Origin: Candidatus Zhuqueibacterota bacterium
GTDB lineage: Bacteria; Zhuqueibacterota; Zhuqueibacteria; Oleimicrobiales; Geothermoviventaceae
DNA length: 64,000 bases
Reading direction: 5' to 3'
Assembly (NCBI GenBank): GCA_034506315.1
Contig: JAPDPT010000009.1
Location: forward strand, 6,745 to 70,744
Shown here one piece after another: positions 35,120-46,700 of the stretch (the stretch's first letter is position 1; each line of letters opens with the position of its first letter). The notes under the pieces were generated by a model, which saw only the letters and a list, made by a program, of their open reading frames with translations, was not told where the DNA came from and ran no database searches. The translations under genes were made by a program, and so were the position numbers.

Positions 35120-36844
35120 GTGACGAAGAACCGCCTGATCGCGGACATGTTCGAGCAGATCGCCGACGTCCTGGAGTTCAAGTCGGAGCTCCCCTTCAAG
35201 GTGAACGCGTATCGCAAGGCTGCCCGGGTCATCGGCGATCTTCAGGAAGACATTGAACAGGTGTGGCGTGAGGGGAGGCTGGACTCCATTCCCGGAATCG
35301 GCAAGGGAATGCGAGAGAAGATCGAGGAGTTCCTCGCCTCTGGACGGATGTCCAAGTATGAAGAGGTGATGAAGGATGTTCCCGCCGGGCTCCTCGACCT
35401 GCTGAAGATCCAGAACCTCGGGCCGAAAACCCTCGCGTTGGCCCACCGGGAACTGGGAGTGAACAATCTCGAGGATCTGAAACGGGTAATTGAGGACGGG
35501 AGCCTTGCCGCTCTCCCCGGGATGGGGCCGAAGAAGGTGGAGAACATCCGGAAGGGGCTCGAGCTTTTCCAGACGGCCCAGGAACGAATCTCCCTCGGCG
35601 TCGCCCTGCCCATCGTGGAAGAGGTGATCTCCCTGATGAAGCAGCGTGCGGGGGATCTCATCGGTCGCATTCATCCGGCCGGTTCGCTGCGCCGGATGCG
35701 AGAGACGGTGGGTGATATCGACGTCCTTGCCGAAACGGACCAGGGCGCCCGCGTGGTTCAGACCTTCGTCTCGCTGCCGATTGTGGAGCGCGTACTGGCA
35801 GCAGGAGACACCAAAGGCAGCGTGATCGTACAGGGCGGGGTGCAGGTCGACCTCCGCGCCGTACCCTCCGACTCGTACGGGTCCGCCCTCCAGTACTTCA
35901 CGGGGTCCAAGGCCCACAACGTGCACCTGCGGGACATCGCCAAACGTCGCGGGTTAAAGATCAGCGAGTACGGGATCTTTGACGTGAACCGCGACGAAAA
36001 GCTGGGCGGCCGGGACGAAGAAGAGATCTACAGGATCATGGGGATGGAGTGGATCCCGCCCGAGTTGCGCGAAGATCGGGGAGAGATCGAAGCGGCTGCC
36101 GAGGGGAAGTTGCCCCACCTCGTTGAGCTATCGGACCTCAAGGGCGATCTGCACGTCCACACCAAGTTCAGCGACGGTGCCGCCACCATCGAGCAGATGG
36201 TGGAGGCAGCCAAGAAGCTCGGGTACGTCTACCTGGGGATCTGCGACCACTCCCGCACGGCGAAATACGCACGCGGGTTGGAAATCGATACCCTGCTCAA
36301 ACAACTGGAAGAGATCCAAAGACTGAACGACGAGCTGGACGGCTTCCGTATTCTGGCCGGAACAGAAGTCGATATCCTGGCCGACGGCACCCTGGACTTC
36401 CCTGACGAGATTCTGGAGCGATTGGACATCGTGATCGCCTCGATCCACAGCGGCTTCAAGCAGAATGTGACGGAACGGATGATCCGGGCGATGGAAAATC
36501 CCCACGTGGACATTGTGGCGCATCCCACGGGCCGCCTCATTTCCAAAAGAGAAGGCTACGAGGTGGACGTGGACAAGGTCCTGGACGCGGCGGCGGCCAC
36601 CCGCACGGCCCTCGAAATCAACGCCTTCTACGATCGCCTGGATCTTTCGGACCTCAACGCCCGACGGGCCGCCGAAAAGGGGATTCTATTGGCGATCAAT
36701 ACGGACTCTCACCATCCCGACCATCTGTGGATGATCCGTTTCGGTGTGGGTACGGCGCGTCGCGCCTGGCTCGGTCCCGAAAACGTGCTCAATTGCTTGC
36801 CATTGGATGAGCTGCTCCGCTGGTTGAGGGAGCATAAGCAGTGA
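35120..36844 (+). CDS. polX: DNA polymerase X family with C-terminal PHP (3'-5' exonuclease) domain
   Basis: FKVNAYRKAA, GSLRR..GDIDVL, YFTGSKAHN; PHP motifs DLHVHT..SDG, DHS, AHPTGR, TDSHH. Confidence 0.95.
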   Translation: MTKNRLIADMFEQIADVLEFKSELPFKVNAYRKAARVIGDLQEDIEQVWREGRLDSIPGIGKGMREKIEEFLASGRMSKYEEVMKDVPAGLLDLLKIQNLGPKTLALAHRELGVNNLEDLKRVIEDGSLAALPGMGPKKVENIRKGLELFQTAQERISLGVALPIVEEVISLMKQRAGDLIGRIHPAGSLRRMRETVGDIDVLAETDQGARVVQTFVSLPIVERVLAAGDTKGSVIVQGGVQVDLRAVPSDSYGSALQYFTGSKAHNVHLRDIAKRRGLKISEYGIFDVNRDEKLGGRDEEEIYRIMGMEWIPPELREDRGEIEAAAEGKLPHLVELSDLKGDLHVHTKFSDGAATIEQMVEAAKKLGYVYLGICDHSRTAKYARGLEIDTLLKQLEEIQRLNDELDGFRILAGTEVDILADGTLDFPDEILERLDIVIASIHSGFKQNVTERMIRAMENPHVDIVAHPTGRLISKREGYEVDVDKVLDAAAATRTALEINAFYDRLDLSDLNARRAAEKGILLAINTDSHHPDHLWMIRFGVGTARRAWLGPENVLNCLPLDELLRWLREHKQ

Positions 36845-36881
36845 TCCCTGCTGTTTCGTATCTCCCGAAGCTTTCCCACTG

Positions 36882-36906
36882 ACCCTGCGCTCGGCGCAGG
36901 GTTTTG
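36882..36906 (+). terminator. intrinsic terminator after polX
   Basis: 9-bp stem ACCCTGCGC/GCGCAGGGT, 3-nt loop, followed by TTTG. Confidence 0.65.
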
Positions 36907-36932
36907 TGTGCGTCAGGAGGCGGAGACCGACC

Positions 36933-37421
36933 ATGGACCTTGTCTTTCTCTCCGTGCTTATCGGAGTGGCCATGGCTGTGGCCGTTCGGATTCTGTGGGA
37001 TTACCCGCTGGCGATCCGTTTCGGAGGCACACTGGCGGCAGCGCAAGGAGTGGGGCTCCTGGTCAGCGCGGTCAGTACCGTCAGCCCGTTCTACTTCGCA
37101 AGCCGGTACTGGATGACGGCGGCTTTCGCCTTGGTGGGCACGGTGGTCGCGGTGGGCTATGCACCGTCTGTGTTCACTCCCCGTCGCCCAGGGCCTTACA
37201 GCACACGCCTCGTGCTCGGACTTCTCACGGGCGCGGTCGTGTACGCAGGGTATTGGTTTTACCTTCAGCGCACAGGCCTGGCGGAAGAGCTCCCCGTGGC
37301 TCCGCGCCAGATCCTCTTCGCTTTTCTGGCCCTTGGCCTTCTGATCGTGCTCGGCTTTTCCGCCACCGCGGGAATCCTGCGAAGCTACTGGCCTCCTCCG
37401 AAGGCGAAGGAGGAGGGCTAG
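36933..37421 (+). CDS. hypothetical integral membrane protein (~5 TM segments)
   Basis: Upstream purine-rich RBS-like sequence; five hydrophobic stretches; no family recognised. Confidence 0.7.
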   Translation: MDLVFLSVLIGVAMAVAVRILWDYPLAIRFGGTLAAAQGVGLLVSAVSTVSPFYFASRYWMTAAFALVGTVVAVGYAPSVFTPRRPGPYSTRLVLGLLTGAVVYAGYWFYLQRTGLAEELPVAPRQILFAFLALGLLIVLGFSATAGILRSYWPPPKAKEEG

Positions 37422-37471
37422 CGTGGGTCACTTCCGAACGATGATAGTGATTCCTCTCGGGCGAAGAGAGC

Positions 37472-39244
37472 GTGAAGCCGGGGGGAGGTGTGTTCGTTTG
37501 GACCATGGTTAACGAGATGCGAAAAACTCGCCGACACGGGTCGCGCCTGTTGCGTCTTATGGCCGCCGGCAGCGTAGTGTGGCTCCTGCTCGGGAGCTGG
37601 ATGGCTGCGGTGTCCCTGGGGAGGCCGTACCGTGCGCGCGGGGCGATGGTCGTCAGTGCGCACCGGTTGGCGAGTGAGGCAGGAGTGGAGATCCTCCGCC
37701 GCGGAGGCAACGCGGTGGACGCCGCCGTAGCTACGGCCTTTGCCCTGGCGGTCGTCTACCCAGCGGCAGGAAACCTGGGCGGTGGCGGGTTCATGGTGAT
37801 CCGCTGGCCCGACGGTCGGGCCACGACCATCGACTTCCGTGAGAAGGCGCCCGCGGCAGCCCACCGGGACATGTTTGTCGACTCAACGGGACAGGTACGG
37901 ACCGAAGCGAGCCGGACAGGCTATTTGGCCTCCGGCGTACCGGGAACCGTGGCCGGGCTTTGTTACGCGCTCCACCGTTACGGTACCCTGCCCCTCAGGG
38001 AGGTCCTCAAACCCGCGATCCGATTGGCGGAGCGGGGATTCGTCGTAGACTACTGGCTGGCTCAGGACCTGGCGCAGCACGCGGACGGATTTCGCAGGTT
38101 TCCGGGCGCCGCGGCTGTCTTTCTCAAGAACCGCTCGGATCCATACACGGAGGGCGACTGGCTGGTTCAACGAGACCTCGCCCGCACGTTGCGACTGATC
38201 GCCAGGGAAGGCCCGAACGCGTTCTATCGGGGAGAGATTGGCCGGCGCCTGATCGAGGACTTCCGCAGGAACGGCGGGTTGATCACCGCCGACGATCTTG
38301 CGGCTTACGAGCCCGTGGAGCGGGAGCCCGTCGTGAGTGAATACCGGGGGTACCGAATCATCGGCATGGGGCCGCCGAGCTCGGGCGGGGTGCTCCTGGC
38401 CGAGATGCTGAACGTCCTGGAAGGGTTTTCCTTGAGCGATCTCGGCCATCATTCGGCACAGTATCTTCACCTGCTGGCCGAGGTAATGCGCCGAGCCTTC
38501 TACGATCGTGCGCGCTATCTGGGCGATGCCGATTTCGTACCGGTCCCGCTCGCCCGGCTCTTGTCGAAGGCCTACGCGGAATCGTTGCGCGCGGGGATCA
38601 GCTGGTTTACGGCCACGCGTTCCGAAGAGCTCGGTGATGGGGGCAGGCCAAGGGTGGAAGGCTCACAGACCACACATTTCAGCGTGGTAGATGCCCACCG
38701 CCTTGCCGTGGCGGTAACGACCACGTTAAACGGTTCCTTTGGCAGCTACGTGGTCGTCCCGGGCACCGGTTTCCTGATGAACAACGAGATGGACGACTTT
38801 TCTCTCCGCGCCGGGGTTCCGAACATGTTCGGCCTTGTCCAATCGGAGGCCAACGCGATTGCGCCGGGCAAGCGGATGCTGTCCAGCATGTGCCCGACGA
38901 TCGTGGAGCGCGAGGGTAAGCTCTGGCTTGTGGTAGGCTCGCCGGGCGGTCCGCGCATTATCAGCACCGTGCTCCAGGTCGTCCTCAACCTGGTCGACTT
39001 CGGGATGGATATCGAGGAGGCGGTCTCGGCGCCGCGTTGCCACCACCAATGGCTTCCGGACGTGCTCTATTACGAGCCGAGGCTCCTCCCGACGGAGGTT
39101 CGGGACCGGCTTCTGGCGATGGGCCACCGGCTCCAAGGCACGGATCGAATCGGGCAAGTTCACGCGATCCTGGTGGATCCAACGGACGGGGGGCTATGGG
39201 GCGGCGTGGACCCCCGTGGCTCAGGGGCTGCGGTCGGATATTGA
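37472..39244 (+). CDS. ggt: gamma-glutamyltransferase (start uncertain)
   Basis: GGNAVDAAVA, GLGGGGF-type NLGGGGF, nucleophile TTHFSVVD, NNEMDDF, KRMLSSM and GSPGG motifs; N-terminal signal-like segment. Confidence 0.96.
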   Translation: MKPGGGVFVWTMVNEMRKTRRHGSRLLRLMAAGSVVWLLLGSWMAAVSLGRPYRARGAMVVSAHRLASEAGVEILRRGGNAVDAAVATAFALAVVYPAAGNLGGGGFMVIRWPDGRATTIDFREKAPAAAHRDMFVDSTGQVRTEASRTGYLASGVPGTVAGLCYALHRYGTLPLREVLKPAIRLAERGFVVDYWLAQDLAQHADGFRRFPGAAAVFLKNRSDPYTEGDWLVQRDLARTLRLIAREGPNAFYRGEIGRRLIEDFRRNGGLITADDLAAYEPVEREPVVSEYRGYRIIGMGPPSSGGVLLAEMLNVLEGFSLSDLGHHSAQYLHLLAEVMRRAFYDRARYLGDADFVPVPLARLLSKAYAESLRAGISWFTATRSEELGDGGRPRVEGSQTTHFSVVDAHRLAVAVTTTLNGSFGSYVVVPGTGFLMNNEMDDFSLRAGVPNMFGLVQSEANAIAPGKRMLSSMCPTIVEREGKLWLVVGSPGGPRIISTVLQVVLNLVDFGMDIEEAVSAPRCHHQWLPDVLYYEPRLLPTEVRDRLLAMGHRLQGTDRIGQVHAILVDPTDGGLWGGVDPRGSGAAVGY

Positions 39245-39316
39245 TCAGGGCGCCGGATTTCCTCGGATACCCGGTGGGGCGGACATGGGAACCAGAAGCA
39301 TCACGGGGTTTTGCCG

Positions 39317-40030
39317 ATGAGCGGGGCCGCGCTTGTACGACGGTTTCCCCCTTTACGGCGGTACCTCGAGGCGACCGCGTCGTCTCGATTTGCGGCCTGC
39401 ACCGGCGCAATTCTGCTCGCCATCTACGAGCTAAGCGCCTACGCGGGGGCAGAAAGTGCGCCGCGCGTCCGTAACGCCGTCGATGTCTGGTTGCGACGAG
39501 CCCTACCCCAGGGCGGAGAGCTGGTAGCACCACTGGCCGCGGCCGGAATCCTTGCGGTGGTCTTCGCCAGACGCAGGGGAAGACGCTACCGTTTCCGCGC
39601 GTGGTGGATTCCCGCGTTCGCTGGGGAATCGGCGGGGTGGGCTCTCCTTTCGCTCCTGGCCATGCGAATGCTCAAGTTCGTGGAAGTCGGAGCCATGGGA
39701 GCGGGGCGAATGGTAGGCCTCGCCGCCGGCGCCGGCGTGTTCGAGGAAGTGCTGTTTCGCTGGATTTTTGCCGGTGGAATCTCCTACATTCTCTGCCGGG
39801 CGGGGGTGCACGAAGCCCTCGCGGTGGCCATCGCCCTGGGGACCTCGGCTCTGGCGTTTGCAGCTGCGCACGTATTCGGGGGCATGGCCCAGCCGCTGGG
39901 CGGTGCCGGGATCGTCCGGCTGTCCATTCTCGGCCTGATCTTGGGGGCGCTGTACTTCGGACGCGGCTTGGCAACGGCGATGTCCAGCCACGCCCTCTAC
40001 GATCTGATGGTGATGGTGGTGACGGCGTAA
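39317..40030 (+). CDS. CPBP (CAAX/Abi) family intramembrane glutamic endopeptidase
   Basis: EEVLFR, FAAAH and HALYD motifs within hydrophobic helices. Confidence 0.85.
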   Translation: MSGAALVRRFPPLRRYLEATASSRFAACTGAILLAIYELSAYAGAESAPRVRNAVDVWLRRALPQGGELVAPLAAAGILAVVFARRRGRRYRFRAWWIPAFAGESAGWALLSLLAMRMLKFVEVGAMGAGRMVGLAAGAGVFEEVLFRWIFAGGISYILCRAGVHEALAVAIALGTSALAFAAAHVFGGMAQPLGGAGIVRLSILGLILGALYFGRGLATAMSSHALYDLMVMVVTA

Positions 40031-40081
40031 CGGGTAGGTAGGATCGCATTCCCAAACACACGCGAAGGCTCGGAGGATCCG

Positions 40082-40549
40082 GTGCGCGCTGAACGTTGTC
40101 CGCATTGCGGAAAGGAGATCGGGCCGCGCCAGCCGCGACTTACGGTGGACATCATTATCGAGCTGGAAGGGCCGGGCCCAGGAGTTGTTCTGATCGAGCG
40201 CAAGAACTACCCCTATGGCTGGGCCATTCCGGGCGGCTTTGTCGATTACGGAGAGACCGTGGAAGAAGCGGCCCTGCGGGAGGCCAGAGAAGAGACGGGC
40301 CTTGACGTTCAGCTCCGCTACCTTCTCGGGGTGTATTCCGATCCGGGTCGGGACCCTCGAGGCCACACGGTCTCCTGTGTTTTTGTTGCCACCGCGCAGG
40401 GCACACCGCGCGCCGATGACGACGCCAAAGCCTGTCACGTCTTCTCGCTCGACGAGCTTCCTCCGAGCCCCATGGCCTTTGATCACGGACGGATCCTGCG
40501 CGACTATCTCCGACGGAGAGCTGCGGGCGATGGGGAGCAGAGCCGTTAG
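40082..40549 (+). CDS. NUDIX hydrolase (ADP-ribose pyrophosphatase-like)
   Basis: Nudix box [24 protein letters not shown]; RDPRGH; N-terminal CPHCG. Confidence 0.93.
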   Translation: MRAERCPHCGKEIGPRQPRLTVDIIIELEGPGPGVVLIERKNYPYGWAIPGGFVDYGETVEEAALREAREETGLDVQLRYLLGVYSDPGRDPRGHTVSCVFVATAQGTPRADDDAKACHVFSLDELPPSPMAFDHGRILRDYLRRRAAGDGEQSR

Positions 40550-41570
40550 AATAGCGCTGGCGGCCACGCTGGCTGTCGCATTGGGTTCGGCGGGATGGAT
40601 CGCTGCGCTGTGCTGGCTTCCTGGCCCAAGAAATGCTCCCGAGGAAGGGAAACCCGTCTTCGTGCGCCAAGGTTTGTCAGCCGACTCGATCGCCGCCCTC
40701 CTGGCTCGTCGGGGAGTTGTCCGCTCGCCATCGCAATTTCTGATCGTCGCCCGACTCCTGGGCAAGACCAAAGAGCTGCGTTCCGGAATGTACCGTTTTC
40801 GACCCGGGGAGAGCTGCTACGGAGTCGTGAAGAAGCTGGCCAACGGGAGGTCTGAGCTCATCAAGGTGACCATACCCGAAGGCTTGCGGAGCTGGGAGAT
40901 CGCCTCGCTTCTCCGGGCGAGGCTCGGAATCGACTCCGCACGGTTCGTCAGCCTGGTCCGAGCAGACTCCTTTCGCGCGCGGTGGAGAATCCCTGGGCCT
41001 TCTCTGGAAGGCTACTTGTTTCCGGAAACTTACTTCTTCCCCTGGGGGCTCCCGGAGGAGGAGATCCTCGGGGCCATGGTGCATCAGTGCTTTGCTGCGT
41101 TGGACAGCTCCATTCGAGCTCGGGCGGATTCGCTGGGTCTGACCGTGCACCAGCTCTTGACGCTGGCATCCCTCGTCGAGGGCGAAGCCAAACTGGACAG
41201 CGAACGGGCGCTGATCGCGGCGGTCTACCTGAATCGCCTGCGCAGAGGGATGCGGCTTGAGGCCTGTCCGACCGTCCAGTACGTGCTTGGCGGGCCGCCG
41301 CGGCGCCTCTTTGAAAAAGACCTGAGAATCGACTCGCCGTACAATACGTATCTGTACGGGGGGCTTCCCCCTGGACCGGTGAACAATCCGGGGAAAAAAT
41401 CGATCCTGGCCGTACTGCACGCGGCCCCGGTGGACTATCTGTTTTTTGTCGCCAACGGCGATGGTGGGCACTATTTCAGTCGGACGCTGGCGGAACACAT
41501 TCAGAAGCGGCGGCAGTTAGATCGATTGCGCCGGCACATGGCCGCCCGGAACGCAAATCGACGAAACTGA
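40530..41570 (+). CDS. mltG: endolytic transglycosylase MltG
   Basis: N-terminal TM; [34 protein letters not shown] and YLFFV motifs. Confidence 0.95.
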   Translation: MGSRAVRIALAATLAVALGSAGWIAALCWLPGPRNAPEEGKPVFVRQGLSADSIAALLARRGVVRSPSQFLIVARLLGKTKELRSGMYRFRPGESCYGVVKKLANGRSELIKVTIPEGLRSWEIASLLRARLGIDSARFVSLVRADSFRARWRIPGPSLEGYLFPETYFFPWGLPEEEILGAMVHQCFAALDSSIRARADSLGLTVHQLLTLASLVEGEAKLDSERALIAAVYLNRLRRGMRLEACPTVQYVLGGPPRRLFEKDLRIDSPYNTYLYGGLPPGPVNNPGKKSILAVLHAAPVDYLFFVANGDGGHYFSRTLAEHIQKRRQLDRLRRHMAARNANRRN

Positions 41571-41579
41571 GGCACCTGC

Positions 41580-43784
41580 GTGAAACGGAGCGCGGTAGAA
41601 AAACTGCTGGCGGAGCTCAATGAAGAACAGCGCCAGGCTGTGATGCACACGAACGGTCCGGTGCTTGTCCTGGCGGGGGCAGGGAGCGGAAAGACCCGAG
41701 TCCTCACGTACAGGATTGCCTACCTGATCGCGACGGGTGCAGCCCAGCCGAATCAGATCCTCGCTGTGACGTTCACCAACAAGGCGGCCGAGGAGATGAA
41801 GCGGCGGGTGGAGGCCTTGCTGGGTGGGGGAGAAGTACCCAGGTGGGTCGGCACGTTCCACTCGGTCTTCGCCCGCATTCTGCGACGAGAGGGCGAACGG
41901 CTTGGATTCTCACGCGATTTCGTGATCTTCGATGAAACTGACCAGCTTTCGGTCATCAAGCAGGGGATCAAAGATCTGCACCTGCCGGAGAACGGGGTAG
42001 AGCCAAGGGCGGTTCGCCACGCGATCAGCCAGGCCAAGAGCCACCTGATCTTCCCGGACGAGTTCGAGCGGAGGGCGGCCGATCCCTGGCGGCGTGATGT
42101 TGTGGTTCCCCTTTACCGTTATTACCAGCGCTTTCTCCGGGAAAACAATGCGCTGGACTTCGACGACCTGCTGGTCAACCCCATCCTCCTCTTTGAGCAG
42201 TATCCCGATGTGCTTCGCAGCTACCAGGAAAGGTTCCGCTACATTCTGGTCGACGAATACCAGGACACCAATCGCGCGCAATACATCCTGTTGAAGCTCC
42301 TCTCGGCTCAACACCGCAATCTCTGCGTGGTGGGCGACGACGACCAGTCGATCTACGGTTGGCGGGGAGCCGATATTCGGAACATCCTGGACTTTCAGAA
42401 AGACTTCCCCGACTGCGCGATCTACCGCCTGGAGCGAAACTACCGCTCCACCGAGACCATTCTCAACGCGGCCAATTCGGTGATCTCCAAGAACAAGCAC
42501 CGCTGGAGCAAACGGCTGTGGACAGACCGCACGGGCGGCGACAAGGTTGTGATTGTGCGCGCCTTGACCGCGGAGGACGAGGCGCGGCGGGTGGTGGAGC
42601 TGATCGAGCAGGAGGTGTACCGGAACAAGAGGAACTTCAAAGACTTCGCGATCCTGTACCGGACAAACGCGCAGTCCCGGATCCTGGAGCAGGCCCTTCA
42701 GCAGGTGGGAATTGCCTACGAGGTAGTAGGCGGGGTGCGCTTTTTCGAGCGAAAAGAAATCAAGGATATCCTCTCCTACCTTCGGGTCATCTGCAATCCC
42801 CTGGATACCTTCAGTCTGCGCCGGATCCTCAACTTTCCCCCGAGGGGGATCGGGCAGGCGACCATCGCTCGTCTGGAGGAAGTAGCCCAGTCCCAGGGGA
42901 TTCCTTTGTTTGAAGCGATGCGCCGTGCAGAGTCCATCTCCGGCTTCACCCCAAGCGCTCGGCGAGGGATCCTGAGCCTTGTGGAGGCGGTGGAGCGTTT
43001 CCACCAGCTTCGGGGGGAGCTTTCGGCCGCGGAAATAGCCACCGCCCTGGTGGACCAGTTGGGGATCCGCCAGATGTACAAAGAGGCCGGTACGGAGGAA
43101 GCGCGTGACCGTCTGAACAACATCGACGAGCTCTTATACTCCATCGCTGTGTTCTGTCGCACGGAGGAAGAAGCGACTCTCGAGCGATACCTCGAGCAGG
43201 TGGCACTGCTTTCGGACATTGACTCCTGGGATGATCGGGCCAACGTCGTCACCCTCATGACCCTCCACAGCGCGAAGGGGCTGGAGTTCCCGGTGGTCTT
43301 CATCACCGGACTCGAGGAAGGGCTGTTTCCCCTGCGGACGGCGCTGGAAGGGGATGTCCACGAGCTCGAAGAGGAACGGCGCCTTTTCTACGTGGGTGCG
43401 ACGAGGGCCAAGGAGAAGCTCTACCTAACGCTGGCAAGCTACCGCCGCAGATGGAGCATGGAGGAAGTCCAGAGCCAGCCTTCGCGCTTCTTGCTCGAAA
43501 TCGACGAACGCTTCGTGGAGTTCGATAGCGGGCGGAGTTCGGCGCGAAAAGAATTGGGACGCCCGCCCTCGCGTCCCAGAGAGACGGAACCTGCCCTGAG
43601 CTACAGCGACTCGACCGAGGAGGATCCCTATCGCGAGGGCAGGCGTGTGCGGCACCCGGCCTTCGGGGAAGGTACCATTGTGCGCGTCCTGGGCAGTGGG
43701 GAGCGAAGGCGGCTCACGGTGGTGTTTGACGAATTTGGCGAAAAAACACTGGTGCTCAAGTATGCCCCGATCGAGCTTCTGTAG
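41580..43784 (+). CDS. pcrA: ATP-dependent DNA helicase PcrA/UvrD
   Basis: LAGAGSGKT, TFTNKAA, LVDEYQD, VGDDDQSIY, LMTLHSAKGLEF, EERRLFYVG; C-terminal Tudor-like RVRHPAFG. Confidence 0.96.
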   Translation: MKRSAVEKLLAELNEEQRQAVMHTNGPVLVLAGAGSGKTRVLTYRIAYLIATGAAQPNQILAVTFTNKAAEEMKRRVEALLGGGEVPRWVGTFHSVFARILRREGERLGFSRDFVIFDETDQLSVIKQGIKDLHLPENGVEPRAVRHAISQAKSHLIFPDEFERRAADPWRRDVVVPLYRYYQRFLRENNALDFDDLLVNPILLFEQYPDVLRSYQERFRYILVDEYQDTNRAQYILLKLLSAQHRNLCVVGDDDQSIYGWRGADIRNILDFQKDFPDCAIYRLERNYRSTETILNAANSVISKNKHRWSKRLWTDRTGGDKVVIVRALTAEDEARRVVELIEQEVYRNKRNFKDFAILYRTNAQSRILEQALQQVGIAYEVVGGVRFFERKEIKDILSYLRVICNPLDTFSLRRILNFPPRGIGQATIARLEEVAQSQGIPLFEAMRRAESISGFTPSARRGILSLVEAVERFHQLRGELSAAEIATALVDQLGIRQMYKEAGTEEARDRLNNIDELLYSIAVFCRTEEEATLERYLEQVALLSDIDSWDDRANVVTLMTLHSAKGLEFPVVFITGLEEGLFPLRTALEGDVHELEEERRLFYVGATRAKEKLYLTLASYRRRWSMEEVQSQPSRFLLEIDERFVEFDSGRSSARKELGRPPSRPRETEPALSYSDSTEEDPYREGRRVRHPAFGEGTIVRVLGSGERRRLTVVFDEFGEKTLVLKYAPIELL

Positions 43785-46700
43785 AGCGCTACCCCGTACG
43801 ATCGTCGTGCTTTGCCTCAGCCTGATTGGGTCGACTGCCTCGCTGGGCCAAGTGGCAGTCGAAAAAGAAGACTACGAGTACGCGCGCCGTCTTTTCAACG
43901 ATCGGCTGTACGATCTGGCCGGAGGACAGTTTCTCGCCTTCGTCGATCGCTACCCGTCGAGTCCCCTGGCCTCCGAGTGCCTTTATCTGGCGGGGGAGTC
44001 GATGCGCAGGGCTGGGAAGCCTCAGCGGGCTGCCGCCTTGTTGTCGCGGGTGGTGATCGAGTACCCGAATTCGCCCCACCTCGCCGACGCTCTGTTTGCG
44101 CTTTCGGAGATCCACCAGTCTTCCGGGAATTTCGCGGAAGCCGCCCTGACCTTGGAGAGATTGCCTCTCCTCGCTCCTCAAAGCCCCCGGGCGGCGGAGG
44201 CGTATCTGCAGGCGGGCCTGCTCCACCGCCGCGCCGGGAATCTCGCAGCCTGTGCGCTCGACCTTGAACGGTGCCTCGAGGTGGCCGGATCGGACAACCT
44301 GCGGGACCGGGCCCGCCTGGAACTGGCCCGTACGCGGCTGGCGCAGGGACAAATCGATCTGGCAAACTCCCTGCTAAGGGACTTCGTGCGCCGGCAACAG
44401 CTGGACAGCGTGGCCGCCTTGGCTGTTCTTGATCTTGCGGCGATCCGAGCGCGGGTGCTGGACTACGCGGGGGCTGAGGAACTCTACGCGAAAATTCAGC
44501 AGGCATCCGTCCCCGCTTCCCTGAAGCACCTGGCGGCGCTCGGTCGTGCCCGCCTGGCCCTGGACAAAGGTGAGTGGCCACAGGCAGAGGCCATGTGCCG
44601 CGACCTCTTGAAAGCGCAGGGTGTACCCGATACGCTTGCGTGGCGCGCCCGTTGCCTGCTGGCCGTGGCCTTGGCGAGTCAGAATGGCCTGGTGGAAGCT
44701 CTGCACGCTGTGGAGGGCGACCTTGGGAACCTTCCTCTGGCGGCTAAACGATGCGTCCTGGCCGCTCGCCTCCTCCTTGCCGAACAATCGGGGGACGCGG
44801 CGCGGGTAAGCGCCAATGCCTTCCAGCTTTTCGAGCTATCGAGGACCGATTCCCTGGCCCGGCCGTGGATGGCCTTCAGTTTGGCTCATCTATTGCCCCA
44901 TTCGGCCGACCCGGCCGCACACGCGAAAGCACTAGAGTTGGCCAGAGCCTGGCCGGCAGCGGATTCCCTTTACGGGCTCACCCTGCTGGTTGCACGGTCA
45001 CTGGCTCGCACGCCGGGAGGCGGGGTACGGGGAGCAGCTCTGCTGTCCGAGTTCGTGCTTCAGCACGCTCATTCTCCTCACGTGGACAACGCGATCTATC
45101 TTCTCGCCCGCGTCCTCCTTGAGCAAGGGGATGTCTGGCAGGCCAGGGCCGAGCTGGTTCGTCTTCTTAGCTCCTACCCCGAGTCGGATGTCCAATCCGA
45201 TGCCCTCTCGCTCCTCGATTCGCTCCAGCATCACGATCCCCTTCCGCCGCCCAGGGCCTTCGTCGGAGCCTTGTCGAATGCTCTGGCGGCTTCTCTGGAA
45301 CCGGGTGCCGAGAGGTTCTTGTGGGCGACAAGAGCCGCTCTCGAGGTCGCCCGGGACTACCGTCTTGCCGCGGCATTGGCAAGACGAGCCCTCGAGGCGC
45401 GCGAGCCGGGGACCAGGACGGAGGCCCTGCGCCTGCTGGCTCGTTCCTACCTGGGCCAGGCCAGGGCCCTGCAGCTGGCGGGGAGACCTGGTGAAGCCGT
45501 TCCGTACGCAGACAGCGCCCGGACCGTTCTGGAGGCGCTCAAGCTCCGCGCTCCGGAGGCGTTCGGCTGCGAGGAACGGGCGGCCTATGTGCGGGCGATC
45601 ATTCTTGGCAGTCTGGACGCCTTTCACAAGTTGGACGCGCTGGCGGCCTTTGACCGCGACTCCACCTCAGCCACCTCGGCACCTGGGTGTGCAGAGCCGC
45701 TCTTGGTTCACGCTCAGGTTCTGTGGGGAGCTTCCGACCGAGGTAGGAATCGCACCCTGGCGAAGGAGGCCAGCAGACTGGCGGAAGCAGCGTCGGCTGT
45801 GGGGACGGACAGTTTGGCCTCGGAGGGCTTGTGGCTGGCGATCGAGGCGGCTCTCGCCTCTGGCGACTCTTCCAGGGCGAGGCAGCTGATGGAACGCTAC
45901 CTTGGTCGGTTCGCACCTCGGGCCCCCAACTGGGGGCGTGTGAGCCGTCAGTACGCACAGATTCTGGAGGGGAGCGGAAGGTTCGAGGACGCGGCCCAGC
46001 GGTGGGCGCAGCTCATGCGGCACCGCTTCTATTCCCCCCTGGCCCTGGAGGCCCGCGAGGGACTCGGCCATTGCCTTGCTCGCCTCGGCCGCTACGAGGA
46101 AGCCTTGGCGGTTCTTCGGGCCTCCGGACCTACCTTTCCCGCCGACTTGTGGGAGCCAAGTGTGGCCCGGCTTTCTCCTTTGGAGGGAGAGTCCTGCCGC
46201 CGTGTGTTTGCCGAGGCGGATGCCCTCGCTGGACTTGGGCGGAAGAGGGAGGCCGTTTCTGTGCTCGCACGAGCCAGAAGCCATCTGCAACCGCTGACCG
46301 CAGAGTGTGAGGCGGAACTTCTTACCCGGGAGTCAGCGCTTCTGGCCCAGGTCGGCGATTTGGGCGGAGCCGGATTTGCCCTGGAGCAGCTGTACAGGAA
46401 CCCAGCCTTGCCGGCGCAGGCTCGGGAAAGGGCAGGGGTGGAGTGGTTAGGCGTGCTCTTCGAGCAGGGACGCTACGCAGACGTTGCGGATCAGGGAGAG
46501 CGCCTGTGGTCGCAGGCCCAGAACCGCGCGACTGCTCTACGAGCGGCTGAACTGGCCATTGTGGCCGCTTTGCGGCTGGACCGACTGGACAGGGCCCGCA
46601 GCTGGGTCGCTCGGCTGGAAAAAGACTACGGAAAGGGGAAAGAAACGGCCGATGTGCGGGCCCGCTTCGCCTACGAAGAAGGAGAATACTATTTCCGCCA